Below, one piece after another: positions 8,914 to 19,356 of a DNA stretch of 64,000 nucleotides. The stretch is from Anaerolineae bacterium. Lineage in GTDB: Bacteria > Chloroflexota > Anaerolineae > Anaerolineales > UBA4823. The stretch is from positions 884-64,883 of the forward strand of contig JBBIVW010000008.1 of NCBI GenBank assembly GCA_037439525.1, read 5' to 3'. Position numbers and translations under genes: made by a program. Numbering within the stretch: the first letter of the stretch is position 1; the number at the start of each line of letters is the position of its first letter. The notes beneath the pieces are model-generated. The model made no database searches, had not been told where the DNA came from, and saw only the letters and a program-made list of their open reading frames with translations.

Positions 8914-9960
8914 ATGGCAAAAAACACGCTGAATATCATTATTCTCACAGCCTTATTCTTTCCCTTCGGCTTCTTTTCGGAATCAAAAGCCGCTCCCGCT
9001 GTTGTCCCACCGTATCCGACAAACGTCGCAGTAGTTATGTACAGGCTTGATGAAAATGGGACTTCAACAAACGAATTATGCACTTACGGCAGGGAGGTTT
9101 TTGGTTGTACGGCTTTTTGTGAAGATCTGCCAAATGTCTGTGAACAAAGCAGACCGGCAATTGGATACCCGTATTCGACCAGCACGATCTACGCTCCGAT
9201 TGAAACGTATTACCTTCTGGATGTGGTATCGCAAGAGATGAACCCCTGGATATACAACGAGCCTGTGGCTCTACACGCCCAAGCTATCGCCTCCCGCTCG
9301 TATTTGGGATGGTACATCAATAATGCTCCAAGCGGCTATGACAATTCAAATGGACGGCAGGTATTCATTCCCTTTAGATTCGATAGCTTGAATCCAACAG
9401 CACCACCATTGGAGCCCAGCACTGCCAATCCCTGTGCAGCAAGCTCTTTGAACCTTCAGCAGCGTCAAATCTGCACAGCTGCTGCGTCACGCTACTACAT
9501 AGCTCGCGCGGATAATAATCCAAATAACTATCCCGCGTTCGCTGAATATTTTGCTGATGCCAAAACGATGACAAGAGATCACCCTGAATTATGGCGTTTC
9601 CCTTATCTGAAAGGAGTAGACGATCCTATCAGCACAGCCTGCGACTCTACTGATTTCGCAGGCAATAAAGCTGGCTTGAGCCAAAGAGGGGCCAATCGTT
9701 GGTTGAGAGGCCATGAATGCTCCTGCGAAGGCGCTCCGGTCGAACCAGGCAACCAGCCAGGCGGCGCCTGGAGCGTACGCTGGAAGCGCGTCGAACAAAT
9801 CCTGTTCCACTACTACACCGGCGTCCATCTGCGAGAGGCAGGCGGGGAGGCCCTCTCCCCCAACTACCGCTGGAACCCTCTAAGTATCTCTACCTCCGGC
9901 GATTTTTGCCCGCCAATCATGCGACACGGTTACAGTTGCACCTTCACTATCCAAGTGTAG
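8914..9960 (+). CDS. secreted SpoIID/LytB-domain protein (ends at an in-frame TAG)
   Basis: SD aaggag (8902-8907) is followed by ATG 8914. Signal peptide LNIIILTALFFPFGFFSESKAAPA. HAQAIASRSYLGW and GLSQRGANRW resemble SpoIID-domain motifs. Confidence 0.7.
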   Translation: MAKNTLNIIILTALFFPFGFFSESKAAPAVVPPYPTNVAVVMYRLDENGTSTNELCTYGREVFGCTAFCEDLPNVCEQSRPAIGYPYSTSTIYAPIETYYLLDVVSQEMNPWIYNEPVALHAQAIASRSYLGWYINNAPSGYDNSNGRQVFIPFRFDSLNPTAPPLEPSTANPCAASSLNLQQRQICTAAASRYYIARADNNPNNYPAFAEYFADAKTMTRDHPELWRFPYLKGVDDPISTACDSTDFAGNKAGLSQRGANRWLRGHECSCEGAPVEPGNQPGGAWSVRWKRVEQILFHYYTGVHLREAGGEALSPNYRWNPLSISTSGDFCPPIMRHGYSCTFTIQV

Positions 9961-10296
9961 AACACCAGCATCTGGGACTGGAACTGCGATACCTACACCC
10001 ATTTTTCGCTGGGTGTCTGGTGGGAGGAAGCCGGCACGCAAACCATGGCGCCCTCCACCACCGAAAGTCCTATGGTGAGCGTGTGCGGCCTGGGCAAAGG
10101 CGAATCGAACACCTATTCGCTGATCGTCAGCCCTCTTCCCGGTTGGGGTTCGGGTGCGTACACCCTGCATTTAGACATCCTCTGGGAGGATGGTCCAGAT
10201 ACCTACTGGTTCAGCCATTTTGGCTGGCCTTCCTATGAAGTGTCGGTATGCGTGGATGGCCCTTGCCAGATCTCCTTACCATTGGTTTTGATATAG
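9961..10296 (+). other. in-frame continuation of the SpoIID-domain ORF beyond TAG 9958-9960
   Basis: Same frame as 8914..9960. There is no stop between 9961 and 10296, and the 112 codons look like protein (NTSIWDWNCDTYTHFSLGVWWEE...YEVSVCVDGPCQISLPLVLI). Confidence 0.45.
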
Positions 10297-10473
10297 TACA
10301 ACGGTGATGGTAATCGCAGCCTAATCTCAAATGCCACTATATCCACTGTAACAAATTTTCCAACTCAAACGCCGCTTTTGCATTTACCCTGCCTATTTAC
10401 TTATACAGTTCCCCTGGTAATAGATGCACAAAACATTATTGCCAAACCTGCCAATCTTAGGTAGGATAAATAT

Positions 10474-11415
10474 ATGGCAAGCAAGTTTGTACCTGCTTAC
10501 ATTAAACTTTCCGCCAGCGGTGAGCTAAACAAGCGCGCTGAACAGGCGTTTGAGCACTTACGCGCCTGCGATGGGTGCGCCTGGAGGTGCGGTGTCAACC
10601 GCTTGGAGGGAGAGCTAGGGATCTGCAAGACCGGCGCGCAAGCACGTGTTAGCAGCTATGGTCCCCACCTGGGGGAGGAAGACCCTTTGCGCGGCTGGAA
10701 CGGCTCGGGGACGATCTTCTTCTCGCGCTGCAACCTGCGCTGCCAGTATTGCCAGAACTACGACATCAGCCAGCGAGATGCCGGCAGGCTGGTCACCCCC
10801 CAGCAGCTTGCCGAGATGATGCTCGAACTGCAGAGCCAGGGCTGCCATAACATCAACCTGGTCTCTCCCAGCCATGTGGTGCCGCAGATTATCGCTGCCG
10901 TGGCCATCGCCGCGCGGGCGGGTTTGCGTATTCCCCTAGTGTACAACACTGGCGGATATGACTCACTGGAGATGCTCACCTTGTTGGATGGCATCGTGGA
11001 TATCTACATGCCCGATATGAAATATGCAGATGCCCGTTTGGCGCGTAAGTACTCGAAAATCCCGCACTACCCCGAGCGCAATCAGGCTGCGGTGAAGGAA
11101 ATGCACCGCCAGGTGGGGGATCTAAATCTGGACGAGCACGGCATCGCTCAACGCGGGCTGCTGGTGCGCCACCTCGTGCTCCCAAACGGCATCGCCGGCA
11201 CAGAAGCGGTGCTCAAATTCCTGGCGGAGGAGATTTCCACCAATACGTACCTCAACTTAATGGATCAATACCGCCCGGCATATCAGGCTTCTCAATACCC
11301 CGAACTCAACCGGCGCATCACCCCCGAGGAATATCGCCAGGCGATGGAAATGGCACACAAAATCGGGCTGAACCGCCTGGATGAACACAAGCCGCTGTAT
11401 TTCTTGCGTTGGTAA
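10474..11415 (+). CDS. radical SAM protein, PflX-like (pyruvate formate-lyase activase homolog)
   Basis: CNLRCQYCQN is a CxxxCxxC motif. 313 aa, with the overall layout of COG1313-type proteins. Confidence 0.8.
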   Translation: MASKFVPAYIKLSASGELNKRAEQAFEHLRACDGCAWRCGVNRLEGELGICKTGAQARVSSYGPHLGEEDPLRGWNGSGTIFFSRCNLRCQYCQNYDISQRDAGRLVTPQQLAEMMLELQSQGCHNINLVSPSHVVPQIIAAVAIAARAGLRIPLVYNTGGYDSLEMLTLLDGIVDIYMPDMKYADARLARKYSKIPHYPERNQAAVKEMHRQVGDLNLDEHGIAQRGLLVRHLVLPNGIAGTEAVLKFLAEEISTNTYLNLMDQYRPAYQASQYPELNRRITPEEYRQAMEMAHKIGLNRLDEHKPLYFLRW

Positions 11416-11439
11416 CTGTTCTTTAGCGGCAGGTATGGA

Positions 11440-11745
11440 CTAGCGTTGTATGAGGATGAGAATGCCTGCTGCTAGTGCCAACAAAGCCAACAGGCTGGAG
11501 CTGTTGGCGAAGCGGATGCCGAATACCTGGATGATTCCTAGCAAGGTGAGATAAATGCCCAACAGGAACAGCCCCCAATTTTGTACGGGGAGCAATTTGC
11601 GCTCTCCCACCAGCAAAAGCACACCGGCCGCCACTGCCAGGAGCCCCATGACCACTTGGTATGCGGGAAAGCTGAGATTCACCAAAGCACTCAATCCCAT
11701 CAACAAGAGCCAGACGGCCAGAAAAACCATGCCTAAACGTTTCAT
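11440..11745 (-). CDS. small integral membrane protein
   Basis: Three or four hydrophobic helices (LGMVFLAVWLLLMGLSALV...). SD ggaggga precedes the ATG at 11745. The longer ORF starts at 11757. Confidence 0.5.
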   Translation of the reverse strand: MKRLGMVFLAVWLLLMGLSALVNLSFPAYQVVMGLLAVAAGVLLLVGERKLLPVQNWGLFLLGIYLTLLGIIQVFGIRFANSSSLLALLALAAGILILIQR

Positions 11746-11756
11746 TTTTCCCTCCA

Positions 11757-12671
11757 TCAGTATCTATAATTCCAATTTCTTTTGCGCACAAAAGGCGGTT
11801 CGATGTCCGAGGAGACCAAATCCTGATAAACTTGCGGATGACGATAGGCATTCCCCCATACCTCCCTATGGCGATAGTCGCGCAAGCGTTGGAGATTAAA
11901 ATCTGCCAGGAAAACGCCTTCCGTCCCGTCCGCCTCGACCAGTAAATTATCCAGGCAGTTTTCATCTTCGTCGTATGCCCGGGCATCAAAAGCGATGGAG
12001 TGTCCATTGGCTTGAGGAGAGGCGTAGTTTGCCAGGGCTACACCCACCATGTTCTCGAAGGCGCGCGCCCGAAACTGGCTGATGCGGTGGACATCCATGG
12101 TGCACGCATTTGGTGTCAGGATGATTTCTGCGCCATTGAGCATCAACAAGCGTGCGCTTTCCGGGAATTCACGGTCAAAACAAATCATCACTCCCATTTT
12201 GACAGGTCCCTTAGCGGTATCCAGTGGAGAGACATAAAACCCATCCCCTGGCGTGAGCGCCGCCTCACGGTCAAACTCGCAGGTGTGTACCTTGGCATAT
12301 CGCAGAACAATTTTTCCATGGCGATCTATCAGGGCGGCGGTGTTGCGCGGCAAACCCTCCCAGCGCTCAAGAAAAGTCAATAAGATCGCCATCTTTAATT
12401 CTGCTGCCAAAGCCTGAAAGCGTTTCACAAAGGGGCTGTGCACATCAATGGCGTGGCGGCGCCATTCCTTTAACGCCTGGTCGTCACTCGGATCGCACAG
12501 GGTGTACCCTATGTTCCACATTTCGGGGAAAACAGCGATATCGGCGTGCTTCGATCGCGCCAGGCGGCAATAATCTTCCCCTTTGCGCATGTTTGCTATC
12601 TGGTCATCCCCATAGGCACACATTTGCAACAAGGCGATTCTTAGGTCAGAATGTGGGGGTGAGCCACTCAT
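11757..12671 (-). CDS. carbon-nitrogen hydrolase (nitrilase superfamily) protein
   Basis: The Glu-Lys-Cys triad context is present: VFPEMWN, RYAKVH, VMICFDREFPE. Confidence 0.85.
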   Translation of the reverse strand: MSGSPPHSDLRIALLQMCAYGDDQIANMRKGEDYCRLARSKHADIAVFPEMWNIGYTLCDPSDDQALKEWRRHAIDVHSPFVKRFQALAAELKMAILLTFLERWEGLPRNTAALIDRHGKIVLRYAKVHTCEFDREAALTPGDGFYVSPLDTAKGPVKMGVMICFDREFPESARLLMLNGAEIILTPNACTMDVHRISQFRARAFENMVGVALANYASPQANGHSIAFDARAYDEDENCLDNLLVEADGTEGVFLADFNLQRLRDYRHREVWGNAYRHPQVYQDLVSSDIEPPFVRKRNWNYRY

Positions 12672-12784
12672 TTCCAGTTCTGTTAGGTGAGGGCGGATTC
12701 CCTGATTAATGAATTACAATTGAGCCAATGCAGTGTGCTTGGCTAAACTATACCACAGCCAAGCTCAACAAACCGAGATACCCG

Positions 12785-13693
12785 ATGCGCCATTTCTATC
12801 GTCCACTCTATATAATCGCGATCGCTTCATTGGCTCTATTAAAATGGGACACGCACCCAATCGATACTGCAGCCCAATACCGAATGAGGTGGGAGGCTCC
12901 CATTACACCCCACATCGTGGGCGGAGAAGAGGCAGAGGAAGGCGACTGGCCCTGGATGGCCGCTATTACCCTACCGATATTTGGAGATCCCTATTTCGAT
13001 ACCATCTGTGGCGGGGTTCTGATTCACGCCCATTGGGTGATGACTGCCGCGCACTGCGTTGAGTACTTTTTCCCCACAAACTTGGTTGTTATCGTGGGCA
13101 TCCACACGCTAAGCGCAAACGATGGACAAAATATCCAGGTCAGCCAAATCATCCTACATCCAAATTTCAATAGCCAGAGCCACGCGAACGACATCGCCCT
13201 GATTCGGCTGGCTCAACCTGCGGTGCTTGATGATATGGTGAAACCGATCCCCCTGGTTACACCCGACCTGGCAAGTCTGACCGAACCGGGTGTGTTCGCT
13301 ACAGTCACAGGTTGGGGAGTCACCTCTTCCAGCGGCTTTGGATTTCCCGCGGACACCTTACGCCAGGTCACCGTGCCCATCGTCTCCAACCAGACCTGCC
13401 AGCAAGCTTATCAATCGGAAGGGATTACCATCACTGAAGAGATGCTCTGCGCCGGCGAAGAGGGCAAGGACGCCTGTAACGGGGATAGCGGCGGACCATT
13501 GGTGGTGCCAAACGAGACACAAGATGGTTACCGCCTGGGCGGTATCGTCAGCTTCGGACCTCAGGCTGGATGCGGCCTTCCCGGTACATACGGAGGGTAT
13601 ACGCGTGTTTCGGCGTTTGTCAACTGGATTGAAACATATACCGGTCCTTTGAACTTCGATTTTAGCTTTTTCCTCCCCTTCATCCGCCGTTAG
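12785..13693 (+). CDS. secreted trypsin-like serine protease (peptidase S1)
   Basis: [30 protein letters not shown] and GDSGGPL are all present. N-terminal signal/anchor [11 protein letters not shown]. Confidence 0.85.
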   Translation: MRHFYRPLYIIAIASLALLKWDTHPIDTAAQYRMRWEAPITPHIVGGEEAEEGDWPWMAAITLPIFGDPYFDTICGGVLIHAHWVMTAAHCVEYFFPTNLVVIVGIHTLSANDGQNIQVSQIILHPNFNSQSHANDIALIRLAQPAVLDDMVKPIPLVTPDLASLTEPGVFATVTGWGVTSSSGFGFPADTLRQVTVPIVSNQTCQQAYQSEGITITEEMLCAGEEGKDACNGDSGGPLVVPNETQDGYRLGGIVSFGPQAGCGLPGTYGGYTRVSAFVNWIETYTGPLNFDFSFFLPFIRR

Positions 13694-13737
13694 GCTCAAC
13701 TCTGCTCTTCATTACTTATCCCTATCGAGGAGGGAAG

Positions 13738-14514
13738 ATGACCACCCACATTCATGACCTCAGTCAAAAAACCGCCATCGTGACAGGGGCGTCGCGCGGC
13801 ATCGGGCTGGCGATCGCCAAAGGGTTGCATGCCGCAGGCGCTCAGGTAGTGATCTCCAGCCGCAAACAGGAAGCGCTGGAGGCAGCCGCGCGTGAAATCT
13901 CCCCCACCATGGAGCGCGTGCTGGCTTGCGCTGCCCACAGCGGCAGCACCGAGGAGGTGCAGACCCTTGTCATGCAAACCATAAAGCATTTCGGAGGCGT
14001 GGATATCCTGGTGAACAACGCGGCGACCAATCCACACTTTGGACCCGTGCTCACTGCAGATGAGTCGCATTGGGACAAGATTCTAGACGTAAACGTAAAA
14101 GGCTATTTCCGCATGATCAAAGCCTGTGTGGATCGCATGCGCGCGCGTGGAGGAGGGAAAGTGATCAATATCGCCTCGATCAACGGCTTGCAGGCGCAGG
14201 CAGGGTTAGGCATTTACAGCGTGAGCAAGGCAGCTGTGATCATGCTCACCCAGGTGCTCGCCCTGGAACTGGCCGCGGATAACATTCAGGTCAACGCCAT
14301 CGCTCCAGGGTTGATCCAAACGCGTTTTTCGCAGGTACTTTGGGATACCCCAGCCATACACGACATCGTCCTCCCGCGCATACCTGCCGGGCGCATTGGT
14401 CAACCGCAAGACATTGTCGGCATCGCGCTGTACCTGGCCTCTGCGGCATCGGACTTTACCACCGGCGCAGTTTTTGTCGTCGATGGAGGACAGTTGGCGG
14501 GGAACCGGTTGTAG
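13738..14514 (+). CDS. SDR-family oxidoreductase
   Basis: [16 protein letters not shown] and YSVSKAAV motifs. 258 aa. Confidence 0.9.
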   Translation: MTTHIHDLSQKTAIVTGASRGIGLAIAKGLHAAGAQVVISSRKQEALEAAAREISPTMERVLACAAHSGSTEEVQTLVMQTIKHFGGVDILVNNAATNPHFGPVLTADESHWDKILDVNVKGYFRMIKACVDRMRARGGGKVINIASINGLQAQAGLGIYSVSKAAVIMLTQVLALELAADNIQVNAIAPGLIQTRFSQVLWDTPAIHDIVLPRIPAGRIGQPQDIVGIALYLASAASDFTTGAVFVVDGGQLAGNRL

Positions 14515-14574
14515 ATACATCCTATATGATCGCCTCGCCAATTCTACAACGATCGATAATTTCTAGAGGATGAT

Positions 14575-16026
14575 ATGACGCCCAATGATCTCAGTTTTCA
14601 CATGAGCCCCGACGAATTTCGGCGGTATGGTTATGCGGTAATCGACTGGATCGCACAGTACTATCAGAACATTGAGCAGTACCCGGTATTGTCCCAGGTA
14701 GCCCCTGGGGAGATACGCGCGCAACTCCCCCCTCATCCCCCACAAGAGGGCGAAGCGTTCGAAGCGATGCTCGAGGACCTCAATCGCATCATCTTGCCCG
14801 GCATCACCCATTGGCAATCGCCTCATTTCTACGCTTTCTTTCCGGCAAACGCCTCTGCGCCGGCGATTTTGGGCGACCTGCTCTCTTCTGGTTTAGGTGT
14901 CCAGGGGATGCTCTGGCTAACCAGCCCGGCGTGCACCGAACTAGAGACGCACGTCCTCGATTGGATCGTGGAGATGATGGGCTTACCCGAGAAATTTAAA
15001 TCTTCGAGCAGCGGCGGAGGTGTGATCCAGGATTCGGCCTCCAGCGCTTCGCTTTGTGCCATCCTGGCCGCGCGAGAACGCGCCACGCGACTTCAAAGCA
15101 ACGAAAGGGGCTGCAATGGTCAATTGGTAGCGTACACCTCTACCCAAGCGCATTCCTCTATCGAAAAAGGCATCAAAATCGCAGGCATTGGACGGCAAAA
15201 CCTGCGCCTGATCGAGGTTGACGAAACGTACGCCATGCAACCTGAGGCGCTACGGCGCCAGATCGAAGCCGACCGCCGCGCAGGTCTCGTCCCGTTCTTC
15301 GTCTGCGCCACGGTGGGCACTACCTCATCCAATGCCATCGACCCCCTGCCCCAAATTGGCGAAATCTGCCAAAGGGAAGGGCTATGGCTGCACGTGGATG
15401 CCGCCATGGCGGGGAGCGCCGCCATCTGCCCGGAGTTTCGTCACATCCTCAACGGTATAGAGTATGCCGATAGCTACTGCTTCAACCCCCATAAATGGAT
15501 GTTCACCAACTTCGACTGCGATTGCTTTTATGTGGCAGACAGGGCGGCGTTAATTCACGCATTGAGCGTACTCCCCGAATATCTGCGTAACCTGGCCACA
15601 GAATCCGGGGCGGTATTCGACTACCGCGATTGGCATGTCCCTTTGGGAAGAAGGTTCCGCGCCCTCAAGCTATGGTTCGTGATTCGCCACTACGGCGTAA
15701 AAGGGTTGCAATACCACCTCCGTCAGCATGTCGCGCTGGCGCAGGAATTTGCCCGTTGGGTGCAAGACTCTAAAGAATTCGAGTTGGCTGCCCCGGTGCC
15801 GCTCAACCTGGTATGTTTCCGGCACAAAGCGGGGGACGAATTCAACCAGCGTCTGCTCGAGGCGCTGAATAAAAGCGGTAAACTGTATCTCACCCACACC
15901 AAGCTCAGTGATCGATTCGTCTTGCGTATGTGTATTGGGCAGACGAATACCCAAGCTCACCATGTGCGCGCCGCTTGGGAACTGATCCAGGAGACTGCCA
16001 GGGAACTCCAGGTCCCTTCTAAATAA
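14575..16026 (+). CDS. aromatic-L-amino-acid/tyrosine decarboxylase (PLP, group II)
   Basis: HWQSPHFYAFFP, GGGVIQDSASS and FNPHKW (PLP lysine). 483 aa. Confidence 0.85.
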   Translation: MTPNDLSFHMSPDEFRRYGYAVIDWIAQYYQNIEQYPVLSQVAPGEIRAQLPPHPPQEGEAFEAMLEDLNRIILPGITHWQSPHFYAFFPANASAPAILGDLLSSGLGVQGMLWLTSPACTELETHVLDWIVEMMGLPEKFKSSSSGGGVIQDSASSASLCAILAARERATRLQSNERGCNGQLVAYTSTQAHSSIEKGIKIAGIGRQNLRLIEVDETYAMQPEALRRQIEADRRAGLVPFFVCATVGTTSSNAIDPLPQIGEICQREGLWLHVDAAMAGSAAICPEFRHILNGIEYADSYCFNPHKWMFTNFDCDCFYVADRAALIHALSVLPEYLRNLATESGAVFDYRDWHVPLGRRFRALKLWFVIRHYGVKGLQYHLRQHVALAQEFARWVQDSKEFELAAPVPLNLVCFRHKAGDEFNQRLLEALNKSGKLYLTHTKLSDRFVLRMCIGQTNTQAHHVRAAWELIQETARELQVPSK

Positions 16027-16035
16027 TGGCACGCA

Positions 16036-17562
16036 TCAGAGGCGGTAGAGCATATCCAGATAGCGTTTGAGCAACTCGGCGACCATTCCCCGAAACGGAA
16101 GGGTAGCTGCCAACCCATACACGGGCGCCATCTCGCCTTTCGCTTGCGGATGCATCTGCACTTCTTCGACCGCAGCAGAGAGGTCGGCGAGGAAGCGTTG
16201 TGCAACCCCTGGAAGCGTATGCGGCAGGGTGACGCAAATATGCACCGCCGCGGGGTGGTGCAATCCGTTCAGACTCCAACCCTTTTTAGCCATCTCTTCC
16301 ATGATGCGAAAGATATCGAGCTCATCTGAGGTAAAGGCAATGACCCATAGCGGGTCTCCCAAGACGCGCAGTTGCGGGATCGACTCAATACCCTGACGAA
16401 TGAGGCGCGCGGTTTCCAAAATTCGGCGCGTCGCCTGGAGATAACCCTCCTCACCGATAGAAAGCATGGCTGCCCAACAAGCGGCGCTCAACCCTCCAGG
16501 TCGGCTGCCGGCGAGTGTGGGAGAAAAATACAGCCCTCCGGGCCAGGTAGATGTAGCAAAGTACTGATAGCGACGCAATCGTTCCCCCCGGTACAGCACC
16601 ACGGATGTGCCCTTGGCGGCATAACCGTACTTATGCGTATCCACAGAGATCGAAGTGACACCTGGTAAGCGAAAATCGAAGGGTGGCACATCGTATCCCA
16701 GGCGTTCTGCCCAGGGCAAGATAAACCCCCCCAGGCAGGCGTCGGTGTGAAAACCCAACCCGTGTCGCCGGGCAATTTCAGCCAGCGAGGCAATGGGGTC
16801 GATCACGCCATGAGGAAAGCTGGGCGCGGAACCCACCAAAGCCACGGTGCGCGCGGTAATAGCTGCTTCCATCGCTGCAGGGTCCGCTCGATAATCTCGG
16901 CCTACCGGGACTTTGACCAGCTTCATGCCAAAATACCAGGCTGCTTTTTCAAATGCCGCATGAGCGCTTTCGGGGACAACCAGTTCTGCCTTGCGGATAC
17001 CCTTCTCCTCCCTGCCCCAATCGCGGTAGGCTTTCATCGCTAAAATGATGCTTTCCGTGCCTCCCGAAGTCACCGTTCCGCAAATGCGGTCATCGGCGCC
17101 GGATGAATGCGGGACAGAGTCGGCGCCGAGCATATGGGCAGTCATGGAAATGATTTCTGCTTCGAGCTTGATCGTACTTGGCCACAGGTCGGCATGCAAT
17201 GGATTGCTTTGGGAATGCAGCGCGTAAGCCTGGTTCAAAAAGGCAATGTGCTCTGCATCGCCATGATACACCGCACCAGAGGCGTAGCCCTGCGACCAGC
17301 GCTCCGATTCGCGCACGGCATAGCGCTGCAATTCGTCCAATACCCGTTCTCGAGGGAAGCCCTGGGAGGGGATTCTAGAATACACCGGGAATTCCTGGCG
17401 GTATGGTTTGAGCGCCGGCTCCAATTGTTCGATGAGCTCGCCGAATTGCTGTTCCATCTCATGGCGCAAGCGTGGCGAGGCAAAGAGCAATCCTTCCAAT
17501 GGCTTCCACAACGGCCGAGGTAACCATTTTAGACGTCTTTGCAATTTCTCTATGTCATCCAT
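16036..17562 (-). CDS. sphingosine-1-phosphate-lyase-like PLP-dependent lyase/decarboxylase
   Basis: [32 protein letters not shown]...[17 protein letters not shown] closely mirrors the SPL signature around the PLP lysine. 508 aa. Confidence 0.8.
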   Translation of the reverse strand: MDDIEKLQRRLKWLPRPLWKPLEGLLFASPRLRHEMEQQFGELIEQLEPALKPYRQEFPVYSRIPSQGFPRERVLDELQRYAVRESERWSQGYASGAVYHGDAEHIAFLNQAYALHSQSNPLHADLWPSTIKLEAEIISMTAHMLGADSVPHSSGADDRICGTVTSGGTESIILAMKAYRDWGREEKGIRKAELVVPESAHAAFEKAAWYFGMKLVKVPVGRDYRADPAAMEAAITARTVALVGSAPSFPHGVIDPIASLAEIARRHGLGFHTDACLGGFILPWAERLGYDVPPFDFRLPGVTSISVDTHKYGYAAKGTSVVLYRGERLRRYQYFATSTWPGGLYFSPTLAGSRPGGLSAACWAAMLSIGEEGYLQATRRILETARLIRQGIESIPQLRVLGDPLWVIAFTSDELDIFRIMEEMAKKGWSLNGLHHPAAVHICVTLPHTLPGVAQRFLADLSAAVEEVQMHPQAKGEMAPVYGLAATLPFRGMVAELLKRYLDMLYRL

Positions 17563-19177
17563 GCTGCCTCCCTTTCCGATCCGCTCTGCGAGGTACGAGA
17601 CGGTTCAAGCGGGCATAACCGGCACGATTGCGCTCATAGAAACGGATGAATTCCCTATAAAGCTGCTCATAACGCTCGACGTGCTCCGTCTGAGGGATAA
17701 ATGTCCTTTCGACTGGCACGCAGGCAGGGACATCGGCGAAGGTAAGCCATCCCATCCCGACACTGGCGATAAAAGCGGCCCCGCGTGCGTTCACCAGGAT
17801 GGGTTGGTGCATCTTATGGATCGTGCGTTGCAACACATCCGCGTGTATCTGGCACCACAAATCTGACTGCGCACCGCCGCCGACGAAGTTGATCTGCTCT
17901 AAGCGCCGTTGCACGAACTTCTCCACAAAGGTCAACAGCCAGCGCGTGTTGTACGCCACACCCTCGAATACGGCGCGGGTCAAATGCGCCTGAGAAGTGC
18001 GCAATGAAAGGTTGAAAAACGCCCCACGCGCCAGATGGTCATCCACGGGGGTGCGTTCGCCATACAACCAGGGGGCAAAGATCACCCGTCCACTGCCTGC
18101 CGGCGCAGCGCCCGCCTGCTGATTGGCGCGCTGATAGTACACTTCGGGAATCTTCTCCAATCCTCCTAGTTCCTCTGGATAGAGCACCTGGCGCAAGTAG
18201 TAATCCAGGCATGCGCCGGCGCACTCCTGCTCATTCAATACCAGATAGCGATTAGGGATTGCCGAAGGGATGGTGCCGATGTTATGCAATATGTCGGTCT
18301 TCAGTTTGGGGGTGTGGCAACACAGCCAGGACGAAGTACCAATGTAAAGATGCGCCTGACCATCTTCCACCGCACCAGAGCCAATGGCAGCAGACTGCAT
18401 ATCGGGAGAACCTACAATGACCTTCACCCCGCGAGGCAATCCGAATTCATCTGCAACTACGGGGCGTATTTCGCCTAAAATGTCAATAGAACGCTTCAAA
18501 GGCGGTAAGCGCGTTTCATCCAACCCTGCATACCCCAAAAGGCGAGGGCTGTACTTCACCTGATCGAGGTTGCGGTTGTCTGTGATCCAATGCAAGCCGA
18601 TGGAATCGAAGCTCGCGGCATATTCTCCCGTGAAGCGCAGGTTGAGGAAATCCTTTGGTTCAAGAAACTTGTGCGCCTGGTGAAATAGCTCTGGGGCGCG
18701 GTGGCGCAGATATAAAATATGGGCGATCGAATCCTTGCCGGATTGGCTCGGCGCACCCCCAGTAAGGCGCACCCAATAGAGCAGCTTCAAAATTGAATAG
18801 CCTTGTAAAGCGATACCCCCTGCAGTGATGCGACGCACATACGGCGCGCCGCGCGCATCCATCCAGATGATAGCGCGGGCAAGGGGCTGAGCAGATGCGT
18901 CAATGGCAACGGTACCGGACCACTGGGAGGTACAGCACAGCGCGGCAATGCCTGACTTGCTTTGCGCGTTGCGTTGCAACAGGCGATACATCGCTTTCCC
19001 AATCGCGGTCCACCATTCGTTGGCGTCCTGCTCTGCTCCTCCCCCTGGCAAGAGGTAGAGTGGCACATGTTCGAATTCCCAATCCAACACCTCACCACGA
19101 CTGGTTACCAAAGCAACCTTGGGACCGGATGTGCCCAAGTCCACCGCCAAAATAAGCTCATCACTCAAAGGCCGCAT
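17555..19177 (-). CDS. FGGY-family carbohydrate kinase
   Basis: [15 protein letters not shown] and the C-terminal FGGY signature region ([19 protein letters not shown]). SD aggaggga precedes ATG 19177. Its stop overlaps the start of the SPL-like gene by 8 nt. Confidence 0.8.
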   Translation of the reverse strand: MRPLSDELILAVDLGTSGPKVALVTSRGEVLDWEFEHVPLYLLPGGGAEQDANEWWTAIGKAMYRLLQRNAQSKSGIAALCCTSQWSGTVAIDASAQPLARAIIWMDARGAPYVRRITAGGIALQGYSILKLLYWVRLTGGAPSQSGKDSIAHILYLRHRAPELFHQAHKFLEPKDFLNLRFTGEYAASFDSIGLHWITDNRNLDQVKYSPRLLGYAGLDETRLPPLKRSIDILGEIRPVVADEFGLPRGVKVIVGSPDMQSAAIGSGAVEDGQAHLYIGTSSWLCCHTPKLKTDILHNIGTIPSAIPNRYLVLNEQECAGACLDYYLRQVLYPEELGGLEKIPEVYYQRANQQAGAAPAGSGRVIFAPWLYGERTPVDDHLARGAFFNLSLRTSQAHLTRAVFEGVAYNTRWLLTFVEKFVQRRLEQINFVGGGAQSDLWCQIHADVLQRTIHKMHQPILVNARGAAFIASVGMGWLTFADVPACVPVERTFIPQTEHVERYEQLYREFIRFYERNRAGYARLNRLVPRRADRKGRQHG

Positions 19178-19301
19178 GGCTCCCTCCTGCAATCAAACCC
19201 GATGCCTGCTCTCCTCGAACCGGGGAAATTGCACCCGAAGGCACGGCAAGCCGACACATGATTATTATACTGGCAAGCATCCAATCCTTTGATAGATCCC
19301 C

Positions 19302-19343
19302 ATGAGCAGCGCGCCGTGCTATAATTTTTCAAAACTGCTCATC
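19302..19343 (+). promoter_or_regulatory. candidate extended -10 promoter (TGcTATAAT, 19317-19325) bracketed by an 8-bp inverted repeat
   Basis: atgagcag (19302-19309) and ctgctcat (19335-19342) are perfect reverse complements flanking tgctataat. ATG is at 19357 with SD aaggag. Confidence 0.4.
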
Positions 19344-19356
19344 CAAGGAGAATAAG

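Noticed and set aside
9717-10238. 173-aa Arg-rich ORF overlapping the end of the SpoIID-domain gene.
   Set aside because: It is out of frame with the protein-like reading frame, has an Arg/Pro/Leu-biased composition typical of an off-frame translation of GC-rich coding DNA, and has no SD.
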